A DNA stretch of 64,000 nucleotides, taken from Eledone cirrhosa. Lineage: Eukaryota. Positions within the stretch are counted from its first letter, which is position 1. Each line of letters opens with the position of its first letter. The stretch lies in NCBI GenBank assembly GCA_964016885.1, contig OZ024743.1, forward strand, positions 90,954,001 through 91,018,000, given 5' to 3'. The position numbers and the translations under genes were made by a program. Positions 13,301 to 24,240 of the stretch are shown here, piece by piece. The notes under the pieces were generated by a model. It made no database searches. It saw nothing but the letters and a program-made list of their open reading frames with translations, and was not told where the DNA came from.

Positions 13301-13549
13301 TTATTATATATATATATATATATATATATATTTCGTTTCTGAATTTGTTTAGCAAGATTCTTTATCTGAAATCGTGTGTTGAAACCGATATTGTTATACT
13401 TTGGGAGGGTCATGTTGCCAATAAGAAACACACGCACCAGTTGCTTTCACTTCAATTTATTATATATTTATAAATTTATAAATTTACAAATTTACAAACT
13501 TATAAATTTCTGGTTGGTTGGTTCCACAACCAGATAGTTGTTTATATAT

Positions 13550-13594
13550 AGTCATAGTCCTTTCGTCACACACTCTGTGACCTCTTCAGTGACT
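13550..13594 (-). ncRNA. Minimal type I hammerhead-like ribozyme motif (PLE-associated)
   Basis: Minus strand: agtca CTGAAGA g gtcaca-gagtg-tgtgac GAAA ggac TA tgact. Stem I is agtca/tgact and stem II is 6 bp; stem III is minimal. Confidence 0.6.
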
Positions 13595-13948
13595 GGGGAT
13601 TCCTTTCTTTGTTTCTGTGCCTTTCCTTTCTTCTATCCTACGCCATTTTGTTTCTGTGTGTGTGTGTTGTGTGCTCAGTTTGCGCATGCGCCACATCCGG
13701 GTGTCTGTGTGTGTTTGTGTTCATTTATCTATTTGTTTATTTATTTATTTATTTATTGTTGGTTGGTTGTTTGTTCTATGTGTGTGTGTGTTTTCATTTT
13801 GTCCTGTGTGTGTTTTCATTTTGTCCTTAATTGTAAGTTGTGATGTTGCTGTTCCACTCATATTTTCTATTTAATTTTGGTTTTAATTCTTTTATGCTTA
13901 CTGCCTCTGTAATTTGCCTAATAAATAAATAAATAAACAAATAGATAA

Positions 13949-15648
13949 ATGAACACAAACACACTCAGAAATGATATTAAGAAATGTAGGTCTTCTAATA
14001 ACACCTTCGTTCTTTCCGACAAAACTAATAATATTTACGAAGTCGACAACACCACTTTCCGCCACCTGGCCCATAACGCTATTACTTCTAAATATAAGAA
14101 AGCTAACCCTATGGCCTACCACGACATTAATACAGAAACCAAGAAACTTGCCGCCGACCTTAAGGTAGATAAGAAGCTACAATCTCTAGCTAAGCGGGAG
14201 GCGTTCCTCACCCTGAAAGATCACAAGGTAGACTTTACTTCTAACCCCACATGTAGACTAATAAACCCGGAACGCAGAGATATTGGACTAGTCAGTAAGG
14301 CCATACTTAGAAACATAGTTAAGACCATTAGGACCAAGTCCAATCTGCCCCAGTGGGAGAACAGCGACTCTGTAATTAAGTGGTTTAACTCTTTAAAATC
14401 CCCAAAAGTGAAGTTCACACAGTTTGACATTGTCGATTTTTACCCGTCGATCTCAGAGACCCTGTTAAACAAATCGTTGGACTTCGCTACCACTTATACC
14501 ACTGTTGATGGTTTATACAGGGAAATCATCGCTCACTGCCGGAAAACTCTCCTCTTCAACAACGGAGTAGCCTGGGCAAAGAAGTCTACATCTTCAGACC
14601 TATTCGACGACTCCATGGGATAGTTTGACAGTGCTGACGTATGTGACTTGGTTGGCCTATTTATCTTAGACATATTACGTGTTAGATTCCCGGACTTCCA
14701 CACGGGAACATACCGCGACGATGGGCTGACTTTATCGAGCCATAAAAGTGGTCACGACCTCGACCGGTTTAAAAAAGACTTAGCTTCTACCCTCAATGAG
14801 TTAGGACTTAGGATAACAGTAGCCACCAACCTCTCTAGCGTAGATTTCTTAGACACTAATTTAGACCTTCGCACACACACCCACAGACCCTCCCATAAGC
14901 TAAACGAGAAACTCCTGCGCTAAGAACATGAAGGCCCACATCACCAGCAGCCCTAGGAGCAACACCCCACCAGGGTGCTCTTGCCGTAAGCCTGAAGCTT
15001 GCCCCCTTCAACAGCAATGCAGTACACCAGCTGTAATTTATGAAGCTGTGGTCACTTCCAACTGACCAAACGAACCACAGGAGGTCAAATCCTATGTGGG
15101 CATGGCGGAGGGCCGATTTAAGGAACGTTTCCTGAACCACCAGTCTACCTTCAGGTACCCGGACAGACGTTCATCCACGAAACTCGCGAGCCACGTATGG
15201 TCCCTCAAGGAATCAAGTATAGACTACTCCATTCAATGGAAAGCCATCACTAAGTCCAAGCAAGGGGAAATCTAACGTGTGGCTTATGTATTGACGATCG
15301 AATAACTATTCTAAAAAGATTACGCAATAGTGATTGCCTAAACACGAGAAATGAATTTTTCACACGTTGTCCACACGTCGCCAAACACCTATTGCATAAC
15401 TACAAGGCTCCGGACTGATTCTTTGTAATTTTATTTTCAACTAAAAACTTTTCGGACTTTCGCAGTTGTCTCCCTTACACCTCACGCACGCATTCTAGTA
15501 TTGCCTGTGTGAAGTGACTGGGTTTCTGCGCATGTGCGTTCGTACGGTTGTCCTTCCTGTTCCTATAACCATGCCCATTCCGAGCTGAGGATCCGCTAAG
15601 GTGAAACAATTGTTCTCGGTATGGTGAACTAACTGTTGTGTAACCACT

Positions 15649-15650
<2 letters not shown>
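13949..15650 (+). mobile_element. Degraded Penelope-like element (RT plus C-terminal GIY-YIG endonuclease; Hydra-clade-like)
   Basis: RT motifs SDKT, CRLINP, FDIVDFYPSI, MG*FDSADVCDLVG (TAG at 14621) and YRDDGL. After an internal deletion: CSCRKPEACPLQQQC..VIY..YVG..FKERF..H..CGLC..LNTRNE..CPH. The 3' UTR carries a hammerhead and is followed by (TA)n. 13707-13750 is an inverted copy of 13921-13965. Confidence 0.9.
15575..15624 (+). ncRNA. Minimal type I hammerhead-like ribozyme in PLE 3' end
   Basis: ccattccgag CTGAGGA tccgctaaggt GAAAC aatt GTT ctcggtatgg. Stem I pairs 9 of 10 bp and stem III is palindromic (aacaattgtt); stem II is weak. Confidence 0.65.
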
Positions 15651-15689
<39 letters not shown>

Positions 15690-15736
15690 AATGAATAATA
15701 ACAGGTAGACATCATAAAAAGGTAATTTATTCTGTG

Positions 15737-15848
15737 TGCTTACAAATGCTTCCACGGTGGTTATACAGCCTAGTTATGCTATGTGCAAATTTATAACTAT
15801 TTGCAAAACTCAGTTATCAAATGCTGTGACCACTGTATCATCAGAGCA
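15737..15848 (-). ncRNA. Degenerate type I hammerhead with long stem II
   Basis: Minus strand: tgct CTGATGA tacagtggt...accaccgtg GAAG c-attt-g TA agca. The core GAAA is mutated to GAAG. Confidence 0.5.
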
Positions 15849-15989
15849 GAATGGTTAAAATGTAAAATGTAAATACCCTTAAGTGAGGTTATTGAGGAAG
15901 ATAGAGTAGAAAAGGAAGAGAGAAAGAAGGGGGAGAGAGAGATATGCAGGGGTTGGAGAAATGGGAGAGAGTTGTTTGTAGAATACATA

Positions 15990-16488
15990 TATCTTAATCA
16001 AAATGTTGTGGTAGGGGTTTTATTATACTGGTTACTCTTAAAGCGACAACCTTAGGCGATGCGTTGATAGTTAATGTTGGAATTATTTATTGCCACGGCA
16101 CTTTTCCTTGAAATTGTAACTATCTATTAGTCAGTCTCTTCTTCATACCGTGAAAAAAAAAAAAATCCAAGTTTTTTATGGCCTAGGGCCCGCATTAGGT
16201 GGAAAACTTCATTTTTTCAGCCTTTTAGTGCTTTTTTGAGGCGTTACGTCTAGCCGATTTCCCCGAAATTTTAAGGCATATTATGCACATGAAAAAAATT
16301 AATTTTCTTGATCTCCTAGGGCCCACATTAGGTGAAAACCTGCATTTCTCCTGCTTCATCGAGATTATCCAGCCATCAGTTTATTTTCTTTACATATTGT
16401 CGAGGCATGCACTTTTTCCACGATTAGGTCTGTTGGCGGCCCGCGTTCCAAAATACCTTATCCCGTGCAACGCCAGGTACCACTGCTA

Positions 16489-16490
<2 letters not shown>
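15990..16490 (+). mobile_element. Non-autonomous Helitron-like element (3' end clear, 5' end uncertain)
   Basis: Ends cccgtgcaacgccagg-taccactg-CTAG|T, a subterminal GC-rich hairpin plus CTAG. The internal motif cctagggccc(g/a)cattagg occurs twice. Confidence 0.6.
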
Positions 16491-16532
<42 letters not shown>

Positions 16533-16684
16533 TATATATACATATATATACACACATACACACACAGCGTCATAATATCGTAATGCAGACAGACATACAG
16601 ACATATATTATAAGGGTGCAACGTTATATCTATATATCTATCTAAAAAGAAAGACTAATAATTATAGAGAGAGATCGCTAAATC

Positions 16685-16851
16685 GCCTAATGCGGTCCCT
16701 AGGGCATTGGAAATTGGAAATTGTTTTTCTCAAAACACTCATATGACCATAAGTATAACATGTGTAAAGTTTGAAAACAATCGGTTGGGTGGTTCTCGAG
16801 TTTTAGGGAGCTGACAGATAGACAGACATTCTCTGTTTTAGATATATAGAT
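16685..16851 (-). mobile_element. Helitron/Helentron-like 5' end, same family as 15990-16490
   Basis: The minus strand starts A|TCTATATATCTAAAACAGAGAATGTCTGTCTATCTGTC and shares the motif cctagggaccgcattagg. Confidence 0.5.
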
Positions 16852-17902
16852 AACAACATGAAAAAAATGTGGTATGAAAAGACTATAAGATAAAGATAGG
16901 AATAAAAATAAAAGTAATAACAATAATAAAAATAGAGTTGAAAGAAAAGATAGGAAGTGTCCAGTGAGTACACAACGTAACTAGACAGTGTAATAAAGTG
17001 GAATGAGATGAAACAAAATGATAATGGTGACCGTGTAATAAAGTGGGATAAGATGAAATAAAGGGATAAAGCCAACACACTCGCAACATTACCATGGGTC
17101 ATGGTGAGGCTAAGGCACTGAAACAACCAAGCACCCTTACGAACATCTCCTGGTTCCTCAGTAAAGCAAGAACTTTACTGTCAGTGGCCCAACTCCACCA
17201 AACATCTCGAACCCCACAGACTGGAAAAAATAATTATTAGACAAATCCAGATATTTCTGAATTTTATTCCATTTGACAATGGAAGCAGTGACTCCCACAG
17301 TGATTGTTAAATGTGTATATTATCAAATTTTGTGTCAGATGTCAGGCTGGCACTCGGCAAGACATGGGAAAGAAGCAGAAAACAAAGGAAACTTGAACTA
17401 ATAATAATAATGATAATTTTAAAATGTATCTTTTTTTGTGTGTATCTTTTCCAGTAACTATTCTTGTAACGGCACTGAATGATAGAATTCATTTCCACTT
17501 ACAATTTGGTAAACATACAGTCATCGATACATATATCCGTAAGTGTTCTTCTTTGTTACAGTTATTTACCAAACTATTTCAGTACTAAGGCAAAATAAGC
17601 TGGTAGCTTATATAGATTTTTCCAAATAATACATTTATTGAGATGCTTAATTGCTTGTATGTATATGGGTCCATGAATACGTGTACATGAGTGAGTGTGT
17701 GCACATATATATTACAAAATAAATGTCTATACTAGAACCAAGACATCCTCCATAATCCGTACCTCATACACCATACAAATTTTCCAACCACAAACCCACT
17801 CTAAATATGAATACGGGAGACAGACTTTTTTTAGCTGAAGCCATCATACTACACAGTTTCTGTATAAGAATAGACAATAAACAATATTATTATCTGCAAG
17901 AG

Positions 17903-18062
17903 CGGTGGATTGGCAGAATCGGTAGACCATCGGACACTATGCCCCACAACATAGAATTACGGCTCTTTATGTTCTGATTTCAAATCCCGCCATGGTTATC
18001 TTTGCCTTTCATCCTTACAGGGACAATAAAATAAAGAATCAGTAATGCATTGGTCGATTTAA
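17903..18062 (+). mobile_element. tRNA-derived SINE family A, abutting the truncated 3' end of the neighbouring PLE
   Basis: ggtggattggcagaatcggtagac...gcctttcatccttacagggacaataaaataaag. Confidence 0.8.
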
Positions 18063-18790
18063 TAACAAAGCATTCTGTTAGGCAAAGTCGGCACTGGTAG
18101 CTTCTGACCTTGTAAGGAAGTGCTTGTTTAAGTATCTTCCATTTCAATTCGATGTTGATGCTTTTGTTCTTGAGCTGCCATGCTGTCTCCGCCAGGCTAG
18201 AGTGGGATCTTTTGCTTATATAGTTGAAGGAACTTATATGGTTGTAATAGCGAGATAAGAAGATTGCACCATAGTAGACGTGTTCCTTATTAGTAGTGGT
18301 GCATTTGCATTGGTGCACAATGCCGAAAGCTAGTCAGTTGTTGTCCAATGGTCACTCGCTAAGGATTCTACAATTACACGTTCCGATTCTCAGGCCTGCT
18401 ATGGTTATGGGCATCCCATTTCCACATAGTTGTATGGTGACTTGGCACATTGAATTGTTGTTGTTTTCTACTGGATACTGTGGGGTCTTCATGTTCTGTG
18501 TCGACTGTTGTCCTACATGTTGCTATTGCTGCTACCTCTTTGGTACTCCCTGATCTTCCTGCTGTCAATGGCTGCTATGTCAGCCAGATTAGACGATGTT
18601 GAGTATATGTCTGATGAATAGTTGGTGATATATATATGTATATGTTGGAGGGAAGCAACAGTCTAGGGACTTGAAGAAAGTTCTGGGTATGTTGGGTCAG
18701 ATGTGCTTAGTGTATGGTGTATTAAATCAAGTTATTTGTTTATTGTAGGTTTTCCTCAGTTTAGTATGCTTCCTTCTTTCGAAGTTGGCA
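18063..18790 (-). mobile_element. Degraded Penelope-like element, linker plus GIY-YIG region, with TGA at two Cys positions
   Basis: Minus strand: FNTPYTKHI*PNIPRTFFKSLDCCFPP ... TCNCRILSE*PLDNN*LAFGIVHQCKC..HVYYGA..RYYNHISSF..SLAETAWQLK..KWKILKQA..CRLCLTE. Confidence 0.85.
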
Positions 18791-19749
18791 TTGTTGTGCT
18801 GGATGTCGGCAGTGTTATGTATCAGATCCCTGCTCCCATTTCCCCTCCGAGCATCTTTGAAACTGTCTTTATGTCCATTATTAGTGCTGCCACTGCCTGG
18901 GTCATTACTACTATTATCATGTATGTTTTATACACTCACACTCTCAGACGTGCATACGCTCTCACATATGCACATACATATACTAATTGCTATTTTTTAT
19001 ATGTATTTTACAGACGGTGCTGTTTCTAAAACATTCATTATCCCTTCTGGCCCAACAACTGTAACATTTGTAGTTTCAGTGAAAAATATTACCAGCGATT
19101 ACATTAGCATTTGTTATAAAATGTCATATGTTTGGAAAATCATATTTTCAGCATATCTCAATTGTAACTCGAAAAACTTTACAGCGAACAGTAAACAAGA
19201 TTTGATTCCAAATGTTCAACAGCCGTTAAAATTTCAAACTGGCAAAGATAACAGAGTTGGAAAAATCTTTGATGAAAATCAAATTGAAAATTCTTTCATT
19301 TGGCATACGGATGATTAGACTTTTTAAACAAAAAGAAAAATAGTATTTCTTTTATTTAGCATGTTTGGAAGAAGAAAACAAAACAAAGTTGATAAATTGA
19401 TTGAATAGAATAAATAAACATATTGATATATAAGGTAGTGCATTTTCAGAGGTATTTGAACATTGGATAGAATGATATATAGAAAATTTACCGTATTTCC
19501 TGGCGTCGAAGATGCTATTTTTGTCCTGAAATAAGCCTAAAAAATCTACCATGCATCCTGGAAGCTGAAGGTTGCATTTCTCATAGACATATCCTAACCC
19601 CAGAGGAAAATTATCTATGCTAGACAGTAATCTGAACTCCTGCACATGAAGTGTATAAATTAAACTTAGTTAAAGTAGTAAATAAACAAAATATAAAAAA
19701 ATTGGGTAACAAAACCCAAAGTGCTTGTTTATTATTATTTTTCAAAAGA

Positions 19750-19962
19750 GCAGTATCAGTAGAGCATTGGACAACATGCTTTGCAGCATAGAGTTACATC
19801 CCTTTATGGTCTGAGTTCAAATCCCACTGAGGTTAGCTTTGCCTTTCAACCTTACAGCGTCGATAAAATAAAATACAGTAATGCAATGCTCTGAGGTCAA
19901 TTTAATTGACTTCCTTCCCCCCTAAAATTGTTGGCCTTGTGCCTAAATCAGAAACCATTATT
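19750..19962 (+). mobile_element. tRNA-derived SINE family A
   Basis: cagtatcagtagagcattggac...gagttcaaatccc...gcctttcaaccttacagcgtcgataaaataaa. Confidence 0.8.
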
Positions 19963-20127
19963 GCTTTTCAACTTTTTGATTGTCAAAATCGGGGGGGGGG
20001 GGGTCCTCAACAATAGTAAATATGGTACTTAAAGAAATTTGATTTATAAAATGATACTAATGTAATTAAACTATCATTGGCCCAATAAATATTGGAATAA
20101 TTTCTGTGTTCATATGATTTTGATTTC

Positions 20128-22136
20128 GACAGGCAAGGCAGCTGGGCCTTCGGAGATAGTTGCTGAGATGTTGAAGGCATCTGGAATGGTGGGACATACT
20201 ATGGTCACCCGTATAGTTAACCAAGTAATACAGAATGGGGTCAGACCAAAAGACTGGCGTAGCAGCATCATCATTAACTGTTATAAGGGTAAAGGGGATG
20301 CTCTAGATATGGGGAAACTATACAGGCATTAAGTTAGTTGACCAGGTCATGAAGGTCACAGAAAGAGTTATAGTGCAACTAATCAGAGAGCGAATTGATC
20401 TAGATGAAATGCAGTTTGGGTTTGTGTCAGGTAAAAGTACCACAGACGCTCTTTTCCTTGTACGACAACTACAAGAGAAGTACCTAGCTAAAAGTAAACC
20501 CCTCTACTTAGCTTTTGTAGACCTGGAGAAAGCCTTTGACAGAGTCCTCCGCTCCATTATCTGGTGGGCTCTTAGAAAACTAGGTGTAGATGAATGGCTT
20601 GTGAGAGCTATACAAGCTATGTATAAAGAAACAGTCAGTAAGGTTAGAATTAACAATGAATATTGTGAAGAATTTAGTGTAAAAGTTGGTGTTCATCAAG
20701 GCTCTGTCCTTAGCCCCCTCCTATTTATTATTGCCCTTCAGGCTATAACAGAGAAGTTCAAGACCAGCTGCCCATGGGAACTCCTATACGCAGATGATCT
20801 AACGCTCATAGCTGAATCAATGGCTGAACTAGAGAAGAAATTACAAACATGGAAGCATGGTCTAGAATCAAAAGGCCTTAAAGTTAACTTGTCTAAGACT
20901 AAAGTTCTAGTTTGTAGAAAGGAAAATAGGGCACAGGTGCCCTCAGAGAAATAGCCATGCTCAGTGTGTAGGAAAGGAATAGGCAGAAATTCCATTTTAT
21001 GTCCCAAATGCAAATTATGAAAGATGTAGTGGGATCACAGGTAAACTATCTAAGAACGTAGACTTTATATGTGGCTGATGCTCAGGTGCAATAAGTAGCA
21101 AGTGCCCACAGGATACTAACTCCTTCTATTGCCCAGATGGTTCTATAGAAATAGTGGACACCTTCCATTACCTGGGTGATGAAATCAGCAGTGGTGGCGG
21201 GTGTTCTGAAAGTAGAGTAGCTAGAGTCAGAACAGGATGGAAAAAGTTCAGAGAGCTTATACCACGATTGGCCGCTAAAGGTTTCTCTCTAAAAATGAAA
21301 GACAGATTGTATGATGCCTGTATACGAACAGCAATGTTACATGGCAGTGAGACATGGGCATTGCGTGCAGAGGACCTGCGCAGACTGGAAAGGAACGAAG
21401 CATACATGCTCCGTTGAATTTGTAATAGTAATATACGTCAACGGCAAAGCATAAATGAACTAAGTGAGAAATTAGGAATAAGAGGGATCAGATGCTGTTT
21501 ACTTGAGAGAAGACTATGTTGGTATGGTCACGTGATGCGCATGAAAGACGACAGCTGTATAAAAAAGTACAGGGCGATCAAAATTGATGGTAGTTATGGA
21601 GTAGGTAGACCCAGAAAAACCTGGGACGATCTGATAAATTCCAACCTTACACACTTGCACCTCTCTAAGACAATGATCTTTGGCGCTACGTAGTAATACA
21701 GAAGACCCGCCTTGCCTATGTACAAAGCGAAACCTACAGTCAGTAGGCACTTCTTAACCAAATATACACCCCAATCCACTACCTCTACCCTATCCTCCCA
21801 CTCCCACCAACACCACCCTCCCTCTGTAAAGTTGGTACCGCAATATCCAGTACAAATAATGAGATAATGAGATCGTGTAGGTGTTACGACAAAAAAAACA
21901 CACAGTCCACGCTGTAATGTGGCCATGTAGGTAAGACGGTAAAACGTTCCCAGTTCCACGCTGTAAATGTGGTTGGTGTTAGGAAGGGCATCCAGCCGTA
22001 GAAAACCTGCCAGATAGTCCTATATGAGCGAGACACGGTCACCCAACCAACCTTGCCTCAAGTGGGACAACTCGCGTCTAACCCATGCTAGCGTGGAAGA
22101 TGGACGTTAAACGAAGATGATGATGATGATGATGAT
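20128..22136 (+). mobile_element. 5'-truncated, degraded RTE-clade LINE with (GAT)n tail
   Basis: KAAGPSEI, QFGF, FVDLEKAFD, GVHQGSVLSP, YADD, MLHGSETW. Several stops and frameshifts. The 3' UTR ends in (gat)n at 22117-22136. Confidence 0.92.
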
Positions 22137-22199
22137 ATGCAAGTTTATTTTGTGTTACATGTTATAAGGGGAATCTGGATTTATCTAATAAATGTTTTT

Positions 22200-22620
22200 T
22201 CCGGCCTGTGGCATTCGAGACATTTGGTGGAGTTGGGCTGCTGACAGCGAAGTTCTTGTCATTGCTGGCGGCTCACCTTACCAAGGTATCAGGTAATGCC
22301 CGGGAGGATTCAATGCCTTAGCCTTGTCCTCACCCGTGGTAATGCTGCGAGTATGTTGGTTTGCCTCAAAATATTCCGTTGACCCTTGTGATGTGCGGGC
22401 GATTGTCGAACTTGGTGATGAACTGATGGTCATTTTCGTTTTTGCTTCCACCTTCTTTTTCTCTCATTTTTCCTTTCTCTCATTCTGGTTATATATTTTG
22501 GTGGTGTTGTGAGGTTCCTAGCAATTGTTAAATGTGTTTATAGTTGTGTTTATCAACAACATTATATTTGTAATGTTATTCTGAAAGAATTGTGAGCAAT
22601 TTGTAATGTTATTTATGTAT
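22200..22620 (+). mobile_element. Second 3' fragment of the CRE-like element
   Basis: PVAFETFGGVGLLTAKFL... with similarity to 1920-2267, including the 3' tail tgtaatgttatttatg. Confidence 0.65.
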
Positions 22621-23270
22621 ATATATTATTTAAATAAAACAAATTTATCTAAGAAGCTAACAAACATCTGATATGTATATATTTATAAATGTGTGTGTGC
22701 ATGTATGTGTTTGTGTGCATGCATGTATTGTGTGTGTGCATGCATGTATTGTGTGTGTGTATGTGTATGCATGTATGTGTGAGTGTGCATGTGTATGCAT
22801 GTATGTAGTGAAATCATCACTGGGTTAAATTTGCTGTGTTTATAAACATATCGCGTGTCAATGCATTTTCTTATCATATGCTATATTCATTAACCCAGAC
22901 TAAAATAACTATAGCACCATTGATGAAAATAGTAATAACATTATCTAAAGGTATATTAAAGCAACTCAGACTTGACAAAAGCTCTCTCTCTCTCTCCTCT
23001 TTTTCATCCTAACACATGATAGTAACTTAGAATTGCTACCTGCAGCTGGCCATTTTTGTCCAGCCAAATACAGAAGGAAGTTGCCTAATTTCTTACCCTC
23101 TCTCTACACACACATTAATTTTATAATACATCTCCCTTACAAATTCCACCTTATTAGCTTGGAAGAGTGAGATAAGTTAAAGATGTGTGTAAAGAGAAGG
23201 CAAAAGAGTAATCAAACAGAGTTTTTAACAAAGGGTATTTTAAAGAAATAGTTAGAAGAATTATAACAGT

Positions 23271-23711
23271 TGTTAGATGTAAGAACAAGAATAAGTAATT
23301 TTTCTCTATATATGTAGGTTTACTTCACTTCAATCAAAAAGTACAATAAAACAAGTTACCACGAGTTGCGGAGGTTGACAATGTTATTCGTTGTTGGTTC
23401 ATGAGGCTGTTATCGAGAGAGTTGCTCTTGGTATGTTGACTCCACGTGTTGTGGGTGAACTCAAAAGTGGAAGAAGGCAAAATTGTATCTGTTCTCCAGG
23501 GCTGTTGCGTTGTAAGAGGACGAGCACTCTCGGTCTCTCAATTTATAGTCCCGAAGGGACGTAACTCTCATTACTTCTGGTTCTCGACGCTAGGGGCAAT
23601 TTATAGTCCTCATGGGACGAAACTCTCATTACTTCTGGTTCTAGACGCTAGGGGTCACTACAGAGTCATGTCAAACTGCTCGTGTCTCATTGGCCAATGA
23701 GCTAGGTGACA
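23271..23711 (-). mobile_element. Probable solo LTR (441 bp)
   Basis: Bounded by TGTTA...TGACA, with near-TSD cagt/cagc. GC-richer than its flanks. CCAAT then TATAAA on the minus strand. Internal ~58-bp tandem duplication at ~23538-23655. Confidence 0.5.
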
Positions 23712-24240
23712 CAGCAGAAAAGCTGCCGAAGTTTCATTATGAATTTAGCTGCACAAGACAAACTTTCATGATCATTTTTTTACACTTCACCCTGAATTTG
23801 GCTGCTATTTCTAACACGGGTAAAGACCACATTTTGAGGTTGAAGATAAAGAGAGAGAGAGAGAATCAAGGGGAAAAACAAAACTGAAAACTAAAGTGAA
23901 AAAATGTCTGTATTGCTGCTGCACATGTTTAAAAAATGCCTTGTGAAAATTCTACTTTTGATTACGATCAATATATCCTCAATTTCCATAACAATAATGA
24001 AAAAAGTATTGACTTTTTGCATTGGTGCTATTGCGCACAGACTCAAACATAGACTCAGTAGGCACCTCTTAATCCACTATACACCACCTTCCCACACACG
24101 CCCACACCACCCTTACCCTGTAAAGTTATGTTGGTATCACAAAAACATTCAGTCCATACTGTAAAGTGATCGTGTAGGAGACATGGCAAAAAGCACCCAG
24201 CACACACTGTAAATGTGGTTGGCATTAGGAAGGGTATCCA

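Noticed and set aside
15063-15065. In-frame TGA in the first PLE endonuclease as selenocysteine
   Set aside because: It falls in a variable loop (TSN*PNEP), not at a conserved Cys, and all motif cysteines in this copy are TGY. It is most likely decay.
17780-17900. Possible SECIS downstream of the TGA-containing PLE (minus strand atgatgg...aaaaaaa)
   Set aside because: I could not form the required helix and GA quartet by eye, and it lies beyond a SINE where the element appears truncated. SECISearch is needed.
23538-23655. gtccc-gaa-gggac-gtaac and gtcc-tcat-gggac-gaaac, resembling hammerhead stem II plus GAAAC
   Set aside because: There is no upstream CTGANGA (caatttata instead) and no stem I or III.
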